A stretch of 49,907 nucleotides of DNA from Microcystaceae cyanobacterium (GCA_041746575.1 JBGTGT010000080.1:1-49907), one strand, 5' to 3'; positions 10,256 to 21,148 are shown, counted from the stretch's first letter. Notes: a model not told the origin generated them from the sequence alone. Made by a program: numbers and translations.

Positions 10256-11422
10256 ATGAAATTAGCCCCCCGTGTTGGTCAAGTGCCTCCTTCAATTACC
10301 CTTGCCATTTCTGCAAAAGCAAAAGCGATGAAAGGCGAAGGCATTGATGTCTGTAGTTTCAGCGCAGGAGAACCCGACTTTGATACGCCACAACATATCA
10401 AAGAAGCCGCTAAAACAGCCTTAGACGAGGGAAAAACCCGTTATGGGCCGGCCGCAGGTGAACCCAAGTTAAGAGAAGCGATCGCCCAAAAATTGCTCAA
10501 AGAGAATAACCTTCATTATGAGGCGCAAAATGTCATTGTCACCAATGGGGGTAAACATTCCCTTTATAACCTGATGGTTGCCCTAATTGCCGCCGGGGAC
10601 GAGGTGATTATCCCCTCTCCTTATTGGCTAAGTTATCCCGAAATGGTGAAGTTGTGCGATGGCACACCGATTTTCGTGGAAACAACTGAGGAAAATGACT
10701 ACAAAATTACCCCTGAACAGCTAAAACAAGCGATTACTTCCAAAACCAAATTATTTGTCTTCAATTCCCCCTCTAACCCCACTGGAACGGTTTATACGCC
10801 TGAAGAAATTAAAGCCATTGCTGATGTTGTTGTCGATGCAGATATTTTGGTAGTATCTGATGAAATTTACGAAAAAATTCTCTACGATGGGATAAAACAC
10901 CAGAGTATTGCTTCTTTTGGCCCTGAAATCTTCCAACGAACCATCATTAGTAATGGATTCGCCAAGAGTTATTCGATGACAGGGTGGCGCGTGGGATACG
11001 CCGCCTCAGCATCAACAGACTTAATTAAAACGATGGGCATTATTCAAGGACATAGTACCTCAAATGTTTGTACGTTTGCTCAATATGGCGCAATAGCGGC
11101 TATAGAAGGCTCACAGGATTGCGTTGAAACGATGTTAGAAGCCTTTACGAAGCGACGCACCTTAATTGTTGACCGAATTCAAGCGATTCCCAAACTGAGT
11201 TGTTCAACCCCAATGGGGGCTTTTTACGTCTTTGTGGATATTAGTCAAACAGGCTTAAAATCCTTGGAATTTTGCGAAAAATTTTTAGAACAACAGCAAG
11301 TAGCGGCCATACCGGGCGTTGCCTTTGGCGCAGACCAATGTGTCCGTTTCTCCTATGCCACGGATCAGGCTACGATAGAGAAGGGAATGGAACGATTAGC
11401 CCAATTTGTTGCCACTCTCTAA
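10256..11422 (+). CDS. aspC: Aspartate aminotransferase (class I/II PLP enzyme)
   Basis: [23 protein letters not shown] and the PLP-Lys motif [14 protein letters not shown]. Confidence 0.9.
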   Translation: MKLAPRVGQVPPSITLAISAKAKAMKGEGIDVCSFSAGEPDFDTPQHIKEAAKTALDEGKTRYGPAAGEPKLREAIAQKLLKENNLHYEAQNVIVTNGGKHSLYNLMVALIAAGDEVIIPSPYWLSYPEMVKLCDGTPIFVETTEENDYKITPEQLKQAITSKTKLFVFNSPSNPTGTVYTPEEIKAIADVVVDADILVVSDEIYEKILYDGIKHQSIASFGPEIFQRTIISNGFAKSYSMTGWRVGYAASASTDLIKTMGIIQGHSTSNVCTFAQYGAIAAIEGSQDCVETMLEAFTKRRTLIVDRIQAIPKLSCSTPMGAFYVFVDISQTGLKSLEFCEKFLEQQQVAAIPGVAFGADQCVRFSYATDQATIEKGMERLAQFVATL

Positions 11423-11445
11423 TATCTGTAAACGGGGGAAAGATC

Positions 11446-11931
11446 ATGGCCTATCGCAAAATTTTAGCCGCAATTGATCGTTCCGAGCTAGGACAGCAAG
11501 TCTTTGAACAAGCTTTAACGATGGCAAAACAAGAGAAAGCCGCTTTGATGTTATTTCATTGTCTTCCCCTCGAAAACGCCAGCTTAACGCCTTATACCAC
11601 CCTTTACAGTGAGGATATTACCCAGTTTTCCCGTTCTATCCGAGATCAACTTACCTCAGAAACCAAAGAAATTCAAATTTGGTTAGCAGAATATACTCAA
11701 ATTGCTAGTAATCAAGGAATAGCGGCAGAATGGGACTGGAAAATTGGTGATCCAGGACGTTGGGTACGAGATATCGCCCAAAATTGGCAAGCCGACCTAA
11801 TTGTCACGGGTCGTCGCGGATTACAGGGCATTGCTGAAATGTTTCTCGGCAGTGTGAGTAATTATATTGTCCATCATGCTCCTTGTTCCGTTCTAGTGGT
11901 GCAAGCGGAAGAAAAGGCAGTGGACAAATAA
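11446..11931 (+). CDS. Universal stress protein (UspA family)
   Basis: MAYRKILAAID...ADLIVTGRRG..EMFLGSVSNYIVHHAPCSVLVV. Start moved to ATG 11446 to avoid overlap with aspC. Confidence 0.9.
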   Translation: MAYRKILAAIDRSELGQQVFEQALTMAKQEKAALMLFHCLPLENASLTPYTTLYSEDITQFSRSIRDQLTSETKEIQIWLAEYTQIASNQGIAAEWDWKIGDPGRWVRDIAQNWQADLIVTGRRGLQGIAEMFLGSVSNYIVHHAPCSVLVVQAEEKAVDK

Positions 11932-11949
11932 CGAATTTTTGATTATAAT
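11921..11949 (+). promoter_or_regulatory. Sigma70-type promoter of tRNA-Leu
   Basis: TGGACA (11921-26), 17 bp spacer, TATAAT (11944-49), located 16 bp before the tRNA. Confidence 0.7.
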
Positions 11950-11965
11950 AAGAAATTGTGCAATT

Positions 11966-12046
11966 GCGGACGTGGCGGAATTGGTAGACGCGCTAGATTT
12001 AGGTTCTAGTATCTTTGATGTGAGAGTTCGAGTCTCTCCGTCCGCA
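11966..12046 (+). tRNA. trnL: tRNA-Leu, anticodon TAG (CCA not encoded)
   Basis: Acceptor stem GCGGACG/CGTCCGC, D-arm TGGCGGAATTGGTAGACG, anticodon arm CTAGA-TTTAGGT-TCTAG, long variable arm, T-arm GAGAG-TTCGAGT-CTCTC. Confidence 0.97.
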
Positions 12047-12193
12047 TTCTCTCTAAAGGCTTAGAGGGTGAGGGTTAACGGAAATAACCCATTAACGCTG
12101 AGTCTCTTATTTTGCCCCTGTTGCTTTATTGAGGTGACACTCGAAACTACAGTAAAGGCGTTTTGGGAAATATCTTGAGAAATATAGGTACTA

Positions 12194-13996
12194 TTAACGA
12201 AAATTTAAAGAAAAAGGTAATCGAGTATAAACGCCTTGCGGATCGTCTAAACTGCGAAGGCTAGCTAATTCTTCCTTGAGTTTGAGCCATTCTAGCGTTA
12301 AAGGATCAAGAGATTGGCGAATATCAGGGCGGGATAATTGCTTAAAAAAGAGTTCTTCTAAGGATTTTTCTTGGGGATATTCAACAATTTCCCAATCTTT
12401 GCCTAATTCTGCCTGTGAAACGGCATAATCAATGGCCGCCTGTAATCCGCCGATTTCATCCACTAAGCCGATTTTCTGAGCATCTTCACCCGACCACACT
12501 CGTCCTTGAGCAATTTCTGCCACTTTGCTCTTTGATAGATTACGAGAGGTGGCTACTTTTTCTAAAAATAAATCGTAGATGCGATTCACGGATTGTTGGA
12601 AAATGGCTAACTCTTGGGAGGTTTTCGGACGAGAAAGACTGTTAAGGGTTGCTAAGGGAGATGTTTGTACGCTATCCCACGTGATGCCATTATTATTTCC
12701 TAATTCTTGAACATTTAAGAGTAAGCCAAATACGCCAATCGATCCTGTCAAGGTGTCTGGTTGAGCAAAAATGTGTTTAGCTCCCGTTGCAATCCAATAG
12801 CCACCAGAAGCGGCGACATTTCCCATCGAAACAACAACAGGCTTCTTCTGACTGATTAACTGAACTTCTCTCAAGATAATATCAGAGGCGGTGGCACTGC
12901 CCCCCGGACTGTTAATGCGAAGGACGACAGACTTTATCTCATCATCTTGACGAATGGTTCGTAGGGTTTTGGCAAAGCTTTCGCCCCCAATATCGTTAAT
13001 TCCCCCTTCTCCGTTCACAATTGTGCCATCTGCATAAACAATCGCCACTTTACGACTAGAAATGGGGGCTGATACTCCTTTAACAGGAACATCCACATAA
13101 TCGGCAAGAGAAATTTGACGAAAGCTATTGTCTTCTTCGTCATCGCCGTTAGGTTGGCCTGTCAGGGTTCTCAAATCGGTAATTACTTCATCTAAATAGC
13201 CGATTTTGTCAATTAAGCCTGCTTTTTGGGCTTGTTCAGCGGTCAGGATACCTTGAGTATTAGCGAGAGTTTGCAGTTTAGCTGGGGCAATTTTGCGGTT
13301 TTTGCTGACATTTTTAAGAAAATTTCCCCAAATATCGATTAGGAGCGTTTCTACTTGCTGTCTGTTCTCTTTACTCAAGTTCTGACGGGTATAGGGTTCA
13401 ACGGCAGCCTTAAATTCGCCCACTCTAACTACCTGCACCCCAATACCGTATTTTTCCATTGCTCCCGCATAAAACATTTGTTCTGTGCCAAGTCCATTGA
13501 ATTCCAGGTCTCCCATCGGGTTAAGAATAATAGTGTCGGCTAAAGTGGCTAAATAATATTCTTTTTCGCTTAAATCTACGTCATAAGCAATAATTTTTTT
13601 ACCTGTCGCTTTAAAGCGTTCTAAAGCTTGATAAACTTCTTGTAGTGTACCATAACCATTACCGATGTCTATTCCTCGCCCGTCGAGAAAAATCCCTAAA
13701 ATTCGTTCATCTTGGGCGGCTTTATCAATGGCAGTTAATAGATTGCGTAAAGTGATTTGATTGATTTCTTCCCCTGATAAGGCTTGTCCTAAGGTTATCG
13801 TGGGTTTGCGATCGCGAATACTGGTAGAGAGATCAAAAACCAAAAAAGATTTGTCTTGAACTGGCGGAGTGGACTCAGATGAAATCAGCGTTAAGATCAG
13901 CAAAAATAAACTACTAACCCCGACGGTGGATAAAATAACCACTGCTGTCATCGTGCCAAGGGTGCTCGCCAAAATTTGTTTAAAAAATTGATTCAT
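12194..13996 (-). CDS. sppA: Signal peptide peptidase SppA (protease IV, long type)
   Basis: RVGEFKAAVEPY, LRINSPGGS, SMGNVAASGGYW, TGSIGVFG, AQGRVWSG. ATG at 13996. Confidence 0.92.
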   Translation of the reverse strand: MNQFFKQILASTLGTMTAVVILSTVGVSSLFLLILTLISSESTPPVQDKSFLVFDLSTSIRDRKPTITLGQALSGEEINQITLRNLLTAIDKAAQDERILGIFLDGRGIDIGNGYGTLQEVYQALERFKATGKKIIAYDVDLSEKEYYLATLADTIILNPMGDLEFNGLGTEQMFYAGAMEKYGIGVQVVRVGEFKAAVEPYTRQNLSKENRQQVETLLIDIWGNFLKNVSKNRKIAPAKLQTLANTQGILTAEQAQKAGLIDKIGYLDEVITDLRTLTGQPNGDDEEDNSFRQISLADYVDVPVKGVSAPISSRKVAIVYADGTIVNGEGGINDIGGESFAKTLRTIRQDDEIKSVVLRINSPGGSATASDIILREVQLISQKKPVVVSMGNVAASGGYWIATGAKHIFAQPDTLTGSIGVFGLLLNVQELGNNNGITWDSVQTSPLATLNSLSRPKTSQELAIFQQSVNRIYDLFLEKVATSRNLSKSKVAEIAQGRVWSGEDAQKIGLVDEIGGLQAAIDYAVSQAELGKDWEIVEYPQEKSLEELFFKQLSRPDIRQSLDPLTLEWLKLKEELASLRSLDDPQGVYTRLPFSLNFR

Positions 13997-14276
13997 GAAG
14001 ACAAGATCAATCAAATGAAAAGGTTGTGTTCCTTTATGGTAGCGATAATCTTAGCAAAAAGAAGGAAAAAGAAAGATGACGAATTTTCCCCTTGTCTATA
14101 ATGTCCTTCGCGGGAGAGATATACTAAAAGCGATCGCTATTTTAACCTTTTAGAAGTGCGTCTGTAGCAAAAACCTGTAACCTAACTGGGCTTAAGAAAA
14201 CATTTAGAGATGAATCAATGAGGTGTTAAAGATATTTTCGTCTTTTTTTTAATTATTAATTATTAGGTCAGTTATT

Positions 14277-16097
14277 ATGGCATCTTTTCGGGATATATTG
14301 GGGTACTATCGTCAATATCGTCGAATTGCTTTATTAAGTATTATCGCTTCTAGTCTGCTAGAAATTAGCGATTTAGCGATTCCTTATATCATGGGACAAA
14401 TCTTAAATGTTTTGTCTCGTCAACCCGTCGATTCTCTAATTCAAAGCATCGTTAATACTGTTGCAAGTATAACCCATTTCCCCCCCAATCAAGGATTATT
14501 TTTAGGAGTTTTATTAGGAATTATTTGCTTATTTACGGTAGTTAAAGCACCCGTTCAACCTTGGTTAGGGGCATGGTTTCATTGGCAAATTGCCTTAAAA
14601 GCACGGCGAGATCGACTCCATCAAATTATTGGAAAACTTTTGACACTTCCTCTTTCTTTTTATGATGAAAATAATCCCGGAAGATTAGGAACTCGTATTA
14701 CGAGAGGCGTCGAAAATCATCTCTGGAGTTATCCCGAAATTACGGGGCAATTGATTCCTAAAGTTTTTCGGATACTGGGAATATTGCTAGTATTGGCACT
14801 TTTGCAATGGCGAATTTCCCTAGGGGTTACAATTTCTTTTATTTTAATTTTAGTTTTTAGTTTAAAAGCTTTAAATCGCTTAATCGATCAAGAAGAATTA
14901 CTAGAAAAATATCAAGAAAATACCCAAAGTCATACTTCAGAAATTATTACTAATATTAAAACGGTTAAGGCTTTTGGCGCAGAAGCTAGAGAATATCAAC
15001 GACAAAAACAAAGAATTGAACGGGAATTTAAATACGTTAATTATCGTATTCATAAAGGCTATGTAAAACTTTTAACATGGCAAAAAACGGTGATTCAACT
15101 TTCTCTTTTTTTTGTGATTATTTTTACTTTAATTCCCACCGTTCAAGGGTCAATGTCTATTGGTCATTTTATTACCATTTTTACCTTATCTAGTATTGCT
15201 TATGCTGAACTCGATCCCATCACTCAATTTGTAGAAGTGTTATCCCGTCGTTATGCGTCCCTTCTACGCTTACATGAACTCATGGAATTGCCATCTGGAC
15301 AAGATGCGGCCAACTTAAGTTTAACCTCACTTAAACAGAATCCCTATCACTTTACAGGTAAGATTGACTTTAGAAATATCAGTTTTGGTTATGATGCAAA
15401 CCGCTTAGTTTTAAAAGAGATTAATTTCTTGATTAAACCCTGTCAAACGGTTGCTTTAGTGGGACGTTCAGGATCTGGAAAATCCACCTTAGTTAAGTTA
15501 TTATTTCGTTATTTTGAACCCACCAGTGGACAAATTTTGATTGACGGACAAGACCTTCAATCGTTAGATATTACCTTCTATCGCAGACGGTTAGCTATTG
15601 TTCATCAAGATGTTGATATTTTCAATGGAACATTGTTAGATAACTTAACCTACGGTAATCCTGAGATTCCTTTTTCGGCGGTAATCGAAGCGGCAAAAGT
15701 GGCAAAAGTAGATGATTTTATTCACGATTTACCCAACGGTTATTATACAATTGTTGGAGAAAGAGGGGTGCGTTTATCGGGGGGACAAAGGCAACGATTA
15801 GGTATTGCGAGAGCCTTAATTGTGAATCCCGATATTCTCATTTTTGATGAGGCGACATCGAGTCTAGATTCCGAATCAGAGCGTTCAATTCAATCAGCTA
15901 TGCAGAACATTTTAGGAACTCGCACGACTTTAATTATTGCTCACCGCCTAAGTACTATTCGGGAAGCAGATACGATTATTGTGTTAGATAATGGCAAAAT
16001 TGTTGAAGTGGGAACGCATCAAGGATTAATGAGTCATCAAGGTATTTATCATCGTCTTCATACTTTACAAGAAACTGGGGAAATTTATGAGCAGTAA
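14277..16097 (+). CDS. ABC exporter, fused permease/ATPase
   Basis: N-terminal TM domain, GRSGSGKST, LSGGQRQR, IFDEATS, IAHRLST. Confidence 0.92.
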   Translation: MASFRDILGYYRQYRRIALLSIIASSLLEISDLAIPYIMGQILNVLSRQPVDSLIQSIVNTVASITHFPPNQGLFLGVLLGIICLFTVVKAPVQPWLGAWFHWQIALKARRDRLHQIIGKLLTLPLSFYDENNPGRLGTRITRGVENHLWSYPEITGQLIPKVFRILGILLVLALLQWRISLGVTISFILILVFSLKALNRLIDQEELLEKYQENTQSHTSEIITNIKTVKAFGAEAREYQRQKQRIEREFKYVNYRIHKGYVKLLTWQKTVIQLSLFFVIIFTLIPTVQGSMSIGHFITIFTLSSIAYAELDPITQFVEVLSRRYASLLRLHELMELPSGQDAANLSLTSLKQNPYHFTGKIDFRNISFGYDANRLVLKEINFLIKPCQTVALVGRSGSGKSTLVKLLFRYFEPTSGQILIDGQDLQSLDITFYRRRLAIVHQDVDIFNGTLLDNLTYGNPEIPFSAVIEAAKVAKVDDFIHDLPNGYYTIVGERGVRLSGGQRQRLGIARALIVNPDILIFDEATSSLDSESERSIQSAMQNILGTRTTLIIAHRLSTIREADTIIVLDNGKIVEVGTHQGLMSHQGIYHRLHTLQETGEIYEQ

Positions 16098-16232
16098 GCG
16101 ATGAGAAATGGGATTATTATTAAAGACCGAAATCGCATCTCAGGGATTAACCTAATAAGGTTTTTCTTGCTAAAATCTTAAAGCTGAAACTATAATCTTG
16201 GTAAAGATCGTTGATTGGAGGTTAATGGCACG

Positions 16233-16574
16233 ATGGAACTGATTGTAGCGAGTTTTCCCAAAAAATACCGAGCAGATGAAGTCATGCTTGAGCTACTGAA
16301 AGCAGAAGAGGAATTACTAATTAATCTAGAAGATGCTGTTGTCGTCACCGAGAATACTGGGGGGAAGGTACGAGTCAAACCCTATTTTGACTTAATTGCA
16401 GAAAGTCGAGGTAAAAAAAGCGAATTTTTGGGAACTTTTATTCAAAACCTTTTCAAAGCGGATACTCAAACGGCTTTAGCGAAAATTGGACTTGATCGAG
16501 CCTTTTGTGATCAAGTAAAAATGTCAATTCCTGCGAATAGCTCAGCCATCTTTATCCTAAATCATAATAAATTC
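16233..16574 (+). pseudogene. DUF1269-like protein interrupted by IS1
   Basis: ADEV..EL...LINLEDAVVV...GKVRVK...IGLD..F...SSAIFIL, then the frame runs into the IS1 TIR at 16575. Confidence 0.6.
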
Positions 16575-17299
16575 GGGCGTTGGTGAATGCGTAATGCTTG
16601 AAAAAGAAATGGGGAGAGTACTGAATCTTAAATAGTGTAATAGTAAGCGGAGGGAATATTTTAGGAGAATAAGGGATTTAGAGTAGAAAAGAGTTTTGCG
16701 AGGCAATCGAGCTAAGTAATGCCGAAGACGAGTGTTTTCTCCCTCGACTCGTGTCATATACGTTTTACATATAAGATGATCTTCTGGTTCAATGTACATG
16801 GGATAAACTTTCCACCCATCACTGACAGACCAAAAGCTTTGCCAGCATTGATAATTTGCATGAGTAGGTTCAAAAGTGGCATGAGAGCGATCGCCAATGT
16901 TCCCCAGCAAAATCCCCTTGTTTTTGTGATTAACAACTGTCCAAATCCAAAGTTTGTTCTTTTTGTAGCCAACAAAAGTGGGTAGCTCATCTATTTCGGT
17001 AACTTCTGGTATTTCATTTTCTTGTGGGTCGTCAGATCAAGATTCTCCAGCCTTTTTTAGCCAATTGATCATTGTGGTATGGTCGATCCCAGTTACTCTG
17101 GCGATCGCTCTAAATCCCATTCCATTGAGATACATTTTTAAACAAAGTTGTTTAACTTCTGTTGGATCTGCTCTAGAAATAGGCTTACACCTGAATGATT
17201 GTTTTCCTCGATGATTTACAGTTAGGGCAGTCCATTACTTCACCAGAATTTTTTAACTCTTATTCTAGACTTCATAACATTTCGCATTCACCAACGCCC
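16575..17299 (-). mobile_element. IS1-family element, decayed transposase
   Basis: 22-bp TIRs GGGCGTTGGTGAATGCGTAATG / CATTTCGCATTCACCAACGCCC (1 mismatch). InsA remnant MDCPNC...MYLNGMGFRAIARVTG and InsB SDGWKVY..TRVEGENTRLRHYLARL, broken by stops and frameshifts. Imperfect 8-bp flanks ATAAATTC/TTAAATTT. Confidence 0.9.
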
Positions 17300-17373
17300 T
17301 TAAATTTACTGTTGGCCGATAATTGCACGATGATGAATTGAATTATTTCTTTAAAGGAAAAAATTTTGTTAAA

Positions 17374-17700
17374 TCAAATGTCTTCCACTTCCAATCGGGC
17401 GGCAGTTACCGCATCGAAGGCGAAGGCAAAAACAACCGGCATCGGGCATTTTAGTCCCCAACTTAACAGGAAAGAAAATAAAGAAATACCAATAGCTATA
17501 CCTAACCAAAGCTTTTCTTCAAAACAAAATCCTTTTTGCGCTTTAATTAAGCGTAAGACTTTAGCAGGAATCGGTTCAGGCATAACGGCGTGGGGAGGAA
17601 ATGCCCAGTAATGATTGTAGCGTTCTCTCACTAAATCTGTCCAACCATGCTCATCGCACCATTCTTGAACCCACTCATCGGCAAAATGTCTCATACTCAT
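17374..17700 (-). CDS. Hypothetical membrane protein
   Basis: WVQEWCDEHGWTDL..YWAFPPHAVMPEPIP plus C-terminal hydrophobic helices. Confidence 0.7.
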   Translation of the reverse strand: MSMRHFADEWVQEWCDEHGWTDLVRERYNHYWAFPPHAVMPEPIPAKVLRLIKAQKGFCFEEKLWLGIAIGISLFSFLLSWGLKCPMPVVFAFAFDAVTAARLEVEDI

Positions 17701-17941
17701 AAATTTGCTGAATGCACTTCACTGAACTTTTATAATAGCAAGCCCTTTTTCGCTTGTTTTTACCGTCAATAAAACTTAATATAGTAATTATCATACTTAT
17801 AAAATACAATCAAAATGTTAAAATCTTAAGTAAAAATGCTTATCAATATAAAATCTTTTACCTGAGAAAGCTCAACAAAAATAAAAACAAAAGACAAAAT
17901 TTGTTTAAATTAATTCGAAAAAAGAACAGGAGAGCGATAAA

Positions 17942-18373
17942 ATGACATTAACCTTATACGAGGCAGATTATCATCAGTGGATTAAAACCACCGTTAACCA
18001 ATTACGAAAAGGAAACTTTCATCAAGTGGATTGGGATAATTTAATTGAAGAGATAGAAAGTATGGGAAAGAATCAAAAAAGGGCTTTATTAAGTCTTTTA
18101 ACCCGTCTTTTAGAGCATCTTCTCAAATTATCTTACTGGGAAGCTGAGAAAAAACAATCTAGTTCCCATTGGGCTGCTGAAGTTGTGAATTTTCGAGCGC
18201 AAATTCAAAATCTCTTAGAAGATAGTCCTAGTTTAAAAAACGAACTTGCTGGAATGTATATCAAGGCCTATTCTGTTGCGAGTAAATCTATTTCAAAGCT
18301 GTTTGATTTACCAGAGAATACTCATATTTCTCTAGAACAATGCCTTGATGAAGATTGGTTTCCGACGGATTAA
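17942..18373 (+). CDS. DUF29 family protein
   Basis: LYEADYHQW...VDWDNLIEEIESMG...LLEHLLKL...LLEDSPSLK, with RBS AGGAG. Confidence 0.9.
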   Translation: MTLTLYEADYHQWIKTTVNQLRKGNFHQVDWDNLIEEIESMGKNQKRALLSLLTRLLEHLLKLSYWEAEKKQSSSHWAAEVVNFRAQIQNLLEDSPSLKNELAGMYIKAYSVASKSISKLFDLPENTHISLEQCLDEDWFPTD

Positions 18374-18412
18374 TCCGAGCTTGTATATTTTTAATTTAAA
18401 GGAAGATCATTT

Positions 18413-19885
18413 ATGACCGCAACACTTGAACATCAAACCACCAACTTACCCAGCATTAGCGGTTTAGAAAGTGAAATTCAAAGAGTTACCCAACACAATG
18501 ACCTCCTTTACTTAAACAAAACCCCTCTCAAATTAGACAAAATTCAAGCCGCCTTTGCTTGCGCTTTGCATATGCACCAACCCACGATTCCAGCAGGCTA
18601 TGATGGGTCATTAATTTGCAATTTGCAATATATGTTTGAACATCAAGGAGAAGGAGATAACCATAATGCAGGGGTTTTTGCTGGGTGTTATAGTCGTATG
18701 GGAGACTTTATTCCTGAATTAGTGGGAAATGGCTGTCAACCTCGCATTATGTTAGACTATTCTGGCAATCTCCTTTGGGGACTGCAACAAATGCAACGGG
18801 ATGATGTTTTAAATAACCTCAAACGCCTCGCCTGTGACCCCCAATATCAACCCTATGTAGAATGGTTAGGCACAATGTGGAGTCACGCCGTTGCGCCTTC
18901 TACACCGATTCCCGACCTTAAATTACAGATGCTGGCATGGCAGCAGTATTTTGCTTCGATTTTCGGTTATGATGCCCTCAAACGGGTCAAAGGGTTTTCT
19001 CCCCCTGAAATGCACCTTCCTAATAATCCCGATACCCTCTATCACTATATTAAAGCCCTTAAAGAGTGCGGTTATCGCTGGTTAATGGTGCAGGAACATT
19101 CGGTTGAAACGTTGGAGGGTTCAGGGTTACCTCATGACCAAAAATACGTCCCGAATCGGTTAATTGCCCGCAATTCCCACGGGGAAAAAATAAGCATTAC
19201 GGCGTTAATTAAAACCCAAGGGTCAGATACCAAGTTAGTTGCCCAAATGCAACCTTACCACGAGGCAAAGGGGCGAGGATCTCAAAAAATCGCTAATAAA
19301 GCGATTCCCAGTTGTGTGACTCAGATTGCCGACGGTGAAAATGGGGGCGTAATGATGAATGAATTTCCCCGTGATTTTATGCCTCCTTGGTACGAAATAA
19401 AGGAAAATGGCATCAAACATGAAGGTGTCGTCGGAATTAATGGCACAGAGTACCTAGAACTGCTGGAAGCGTCAGGTATCACCGAATCTGACTTTCCGAC
19501 GTGTCAGGCAGTGGGACAACATAAGATTTGGCAAAGGATTGGTCTTAATCATGTTACCCCAGAAGCCGTACAAAATGCGATCGCTGACCTCAATAAAAAT
19601 GACCCCCAATTTCAGATGGATGGGGCATCTTGGACTAATGATTTAAGTTGGGTCAAAGGCTATGAAAATGTCTTAGAACCGATGAATGAATTAAGTGCTT
19701 TATTTCATCAGAAATATGATCCTTTGGTCTTACAAGATCCTAGTATAACAAAAACGCCAGATTATCAAGAAGCGTTACTTTATACGTTACTGTTAGAAAC
19801 AAGTTGTTTTCGTTATTGGGGACAAGGAACGTGGACAAATTATGCCCAAGAACTATTTCGTCGAGGTAAGGCATTCGTCCAGTAA
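18413..19885 (+). CDS. Glycoside hydrolase family 57-like protein
   Basis: ALHMHQP, GFSPPEM and ADGENGG, resembling GH57 conserved regions. Confidence 0.8.
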   Translation: MTATLEHQTTNLPSISGLESEIQRVTQHNDLLYLNKTPLKLDKIQAAFACALHMHQPTIPAGYDGSLICNLQYMFEHQGEGDNHNAGVFAGCYSRMGDFIPELVGNGCQPRIMLDYSGNLLWGLQQMQRDDVLNNLKRLACDPQYQPYVEWLGTMWSHAVAPSTPIPDLKLQMLAWQQYFASIFGYDALKRVKGFSPPEMHLPNNPDTLYHYIKALKECGYRWLMVQEHSVETLEGSGLPHDQKYVPNRLIARNSHGEKISITALIKTQGSDTKLVAQMQPYHEAKGRGSQKIANKAIPSCVTQIADGENGGVMMNEFPRDFMPPWYEIKENGIKHEGVVGINGTEYLELLEASGITESDFPTCQAVGQHKIWQRIGLNHVTPEAVQNAIADLNKNDPQFQMDGASWTNDLSWVKGYENVLEPMNELSALFHQKYDPLVLQDPSITKTPDYQEALLYTLLLETSCFRYWGQGTWTNYAQELFRRGKAFVQ

Positions 19886-19921
19886 TTTAAGTAAATCTGT
19901 TGTAGATTTTTATATTTTAAG

Positions 19922-19947
19922 GGCGCAATCTTTTGTGCCTTTTTTTT
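19922..19947 (+). terminator. Rho-independent terminator between convergent genes
   Basis: GGCGCAA-TCTT-TTGTGCC followed by T8. Confidence 0.65.
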
Positions 19948-19949
19948 AT

Positions 19950-20147
19950 TTATTCTTCAACCGTGTGACCTGCTTCTTCAATAATTTGTTTTATATTTTC
20001 TTCAGAGCTATCAGCATCAACCGTCACGATTTTATTCGCTACATCTACAGAAACCTGTGCCGAAGGTTGAGCATTATTAATTGCTTTAGTAATGGTATTA
20101 GCACAAGCCTCACAAGCAATGCTAGGAACTTTTAAGTTAATAGTCAT
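19950..20147 (-). CDS. atx1: HMA-domain copper chaperone (Atx1/CopZ-like)
   Basis: VPSIACEAC...IEEAGH, 65 aa. Confidence 0.85.
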   Translation of the reverse strand: MTINLKVPSIACEACANTITKAINNAQPSAQVSVDVANKIVTVDADSSEENIKQIIEEAGHTVEE

Positions 20148-20178
20148 AATGGATAAATCTCTCCAAATTATTAGGTAG

Positions 20179-20427
20179 CTACCATTTTAAAGTAGCGGCA
20201 TCCTTGCCTTGTTCTTTTCTTATTTTAGCATCTTTTTCAAACCACTGAATCACTTGTTTGTGGTTTAAATCTTCGATAGAACATTGGTAATCTTGAGCAA
20301 TCATTTGCAATAACCTTAAAGAGGAAAGGGTGAGACGGGTCAAAAACTTATCAGAATTAGACAATAGGGCGGCATCAACGTCGCTGGATTCTTCAGGAGT
20401 AAGAAATTGATTAGAGTCGTTCGTCAT
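20179..20427 (-). CDS. Hypothetical protein
   Basis: Intact ORF co-oriented between sufR and the chaperone with 20- and 31-bp gaps. Confidence 0.7.
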   Translation of the reverse strand: MTNDSNQFLTPEESSDVDAALLSNSDKFLTRLTLSSLRLLQMIAQDYQCSIEDLNHKQVIQWFEKDAKIRKEQGKDAATLKW

Positions 20428-20447
20428 AATTTAGACAAAAAATAAAA

Positions 20448-21098
20448 TTAAACTTTTTTTTGAATTAAATAACCGCAATTATGCTCTCCATCATTTAACC
20501 AATGAGTTCTTTCAATGCTACAGTCTGGTAAAACCGCAGAAAACATTTCTAATTCATGGCCGCAAACCGTTGGAAAGGATTCAGCAACCTCTGAAATAGC
20601 ACAGTGATGTTCTGCTAAAACATACCCTTCTTGGGAGTCTTTTTTGTCGTTGACTGCGTATAATTCTGCCATGTAACCTTCTTCTTGGCGTAGTTCAACT
20701 AACTTTTTTACTCTTGTTTCTAATGACCCTTGACCCACTTTTTGACAGTATTCTTCCGCTTTTCTTTGCCATTGTTTCTTTAAAACTTCCCCGACTTGTT
20801 GTTCTCCCATCGTTTCTATTAGGGTATCCAAAAAAGATACGGCAAACTCACTATAACCATGGGGAAACTGTTCTCGTCCTTGTTTACTGAGATGATAAAT
20901 ATGTTGGGGTCTTCCCATTTCTTGTTTAATAGCTTGATGTTCGATTAATCCGTCAGTTTCCAAGTCTTTGAGGTGACGACGAATCGCTTGTGGACTAATA
21001 TCAAGGGTTTCAGCCAATTTTTGAGCAGTGGCTTGTCCTTGCTTGAGGAGATATTGTAGAATATCCGTTTTGGTCGAGGGAAGATGGGTTAAGGTCAT
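20448..21098 (-). CDS. sufR: Fe-S cluster transcriptional regulator SufR
   Basis: HTH ISPQAIRRHLKDLE..GRPQHIY, LRQEEGYMAE, Fe-S ligand region EHHCAI..VCGHELE..GEHNCGY. Confidence 0.92.
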   Translation of the reverse strand: MTLTHLPSTKTDILQYLLKQGQATAQKLAETLDISPQAIRRHLKDLETDGLIEHQAIKQEMGRPQHIYHLSKQGREQFPHGYSEFAVSFLDTLIETMGEQQVGEVLKKQWQRKAEEYCQKVGQGSLETRVKKLVELRQEEGYMAELYAVNDKKDSQEGYVLAEHHCAISEVAESFPTVCGHELEMFSAVLPDCSIERTHWLNDGEHNCGYLIQKKV

Positions 21099-21148
21099 GG
21101 GTTTGAGGGGCTAAACCAACAATTATCATGGAAAAGGAAATCGTCACT

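Noticed and set aside
11272..11445. N-terminal extension of the USP ORF
   Set aside because: Overlaps aspC; the USP fold begins at ATG 11446.
12047..12190. tRNA-Leu as the integration site of an island
   Set aside because: No integrase and no duplicated tRNA 3' end seen; sppA follows directly.
17754..17945. 63-aa Lys/Asn-rich ORF
   Set aside because: Low-complexity product of an AT-rich divergent promoter region.
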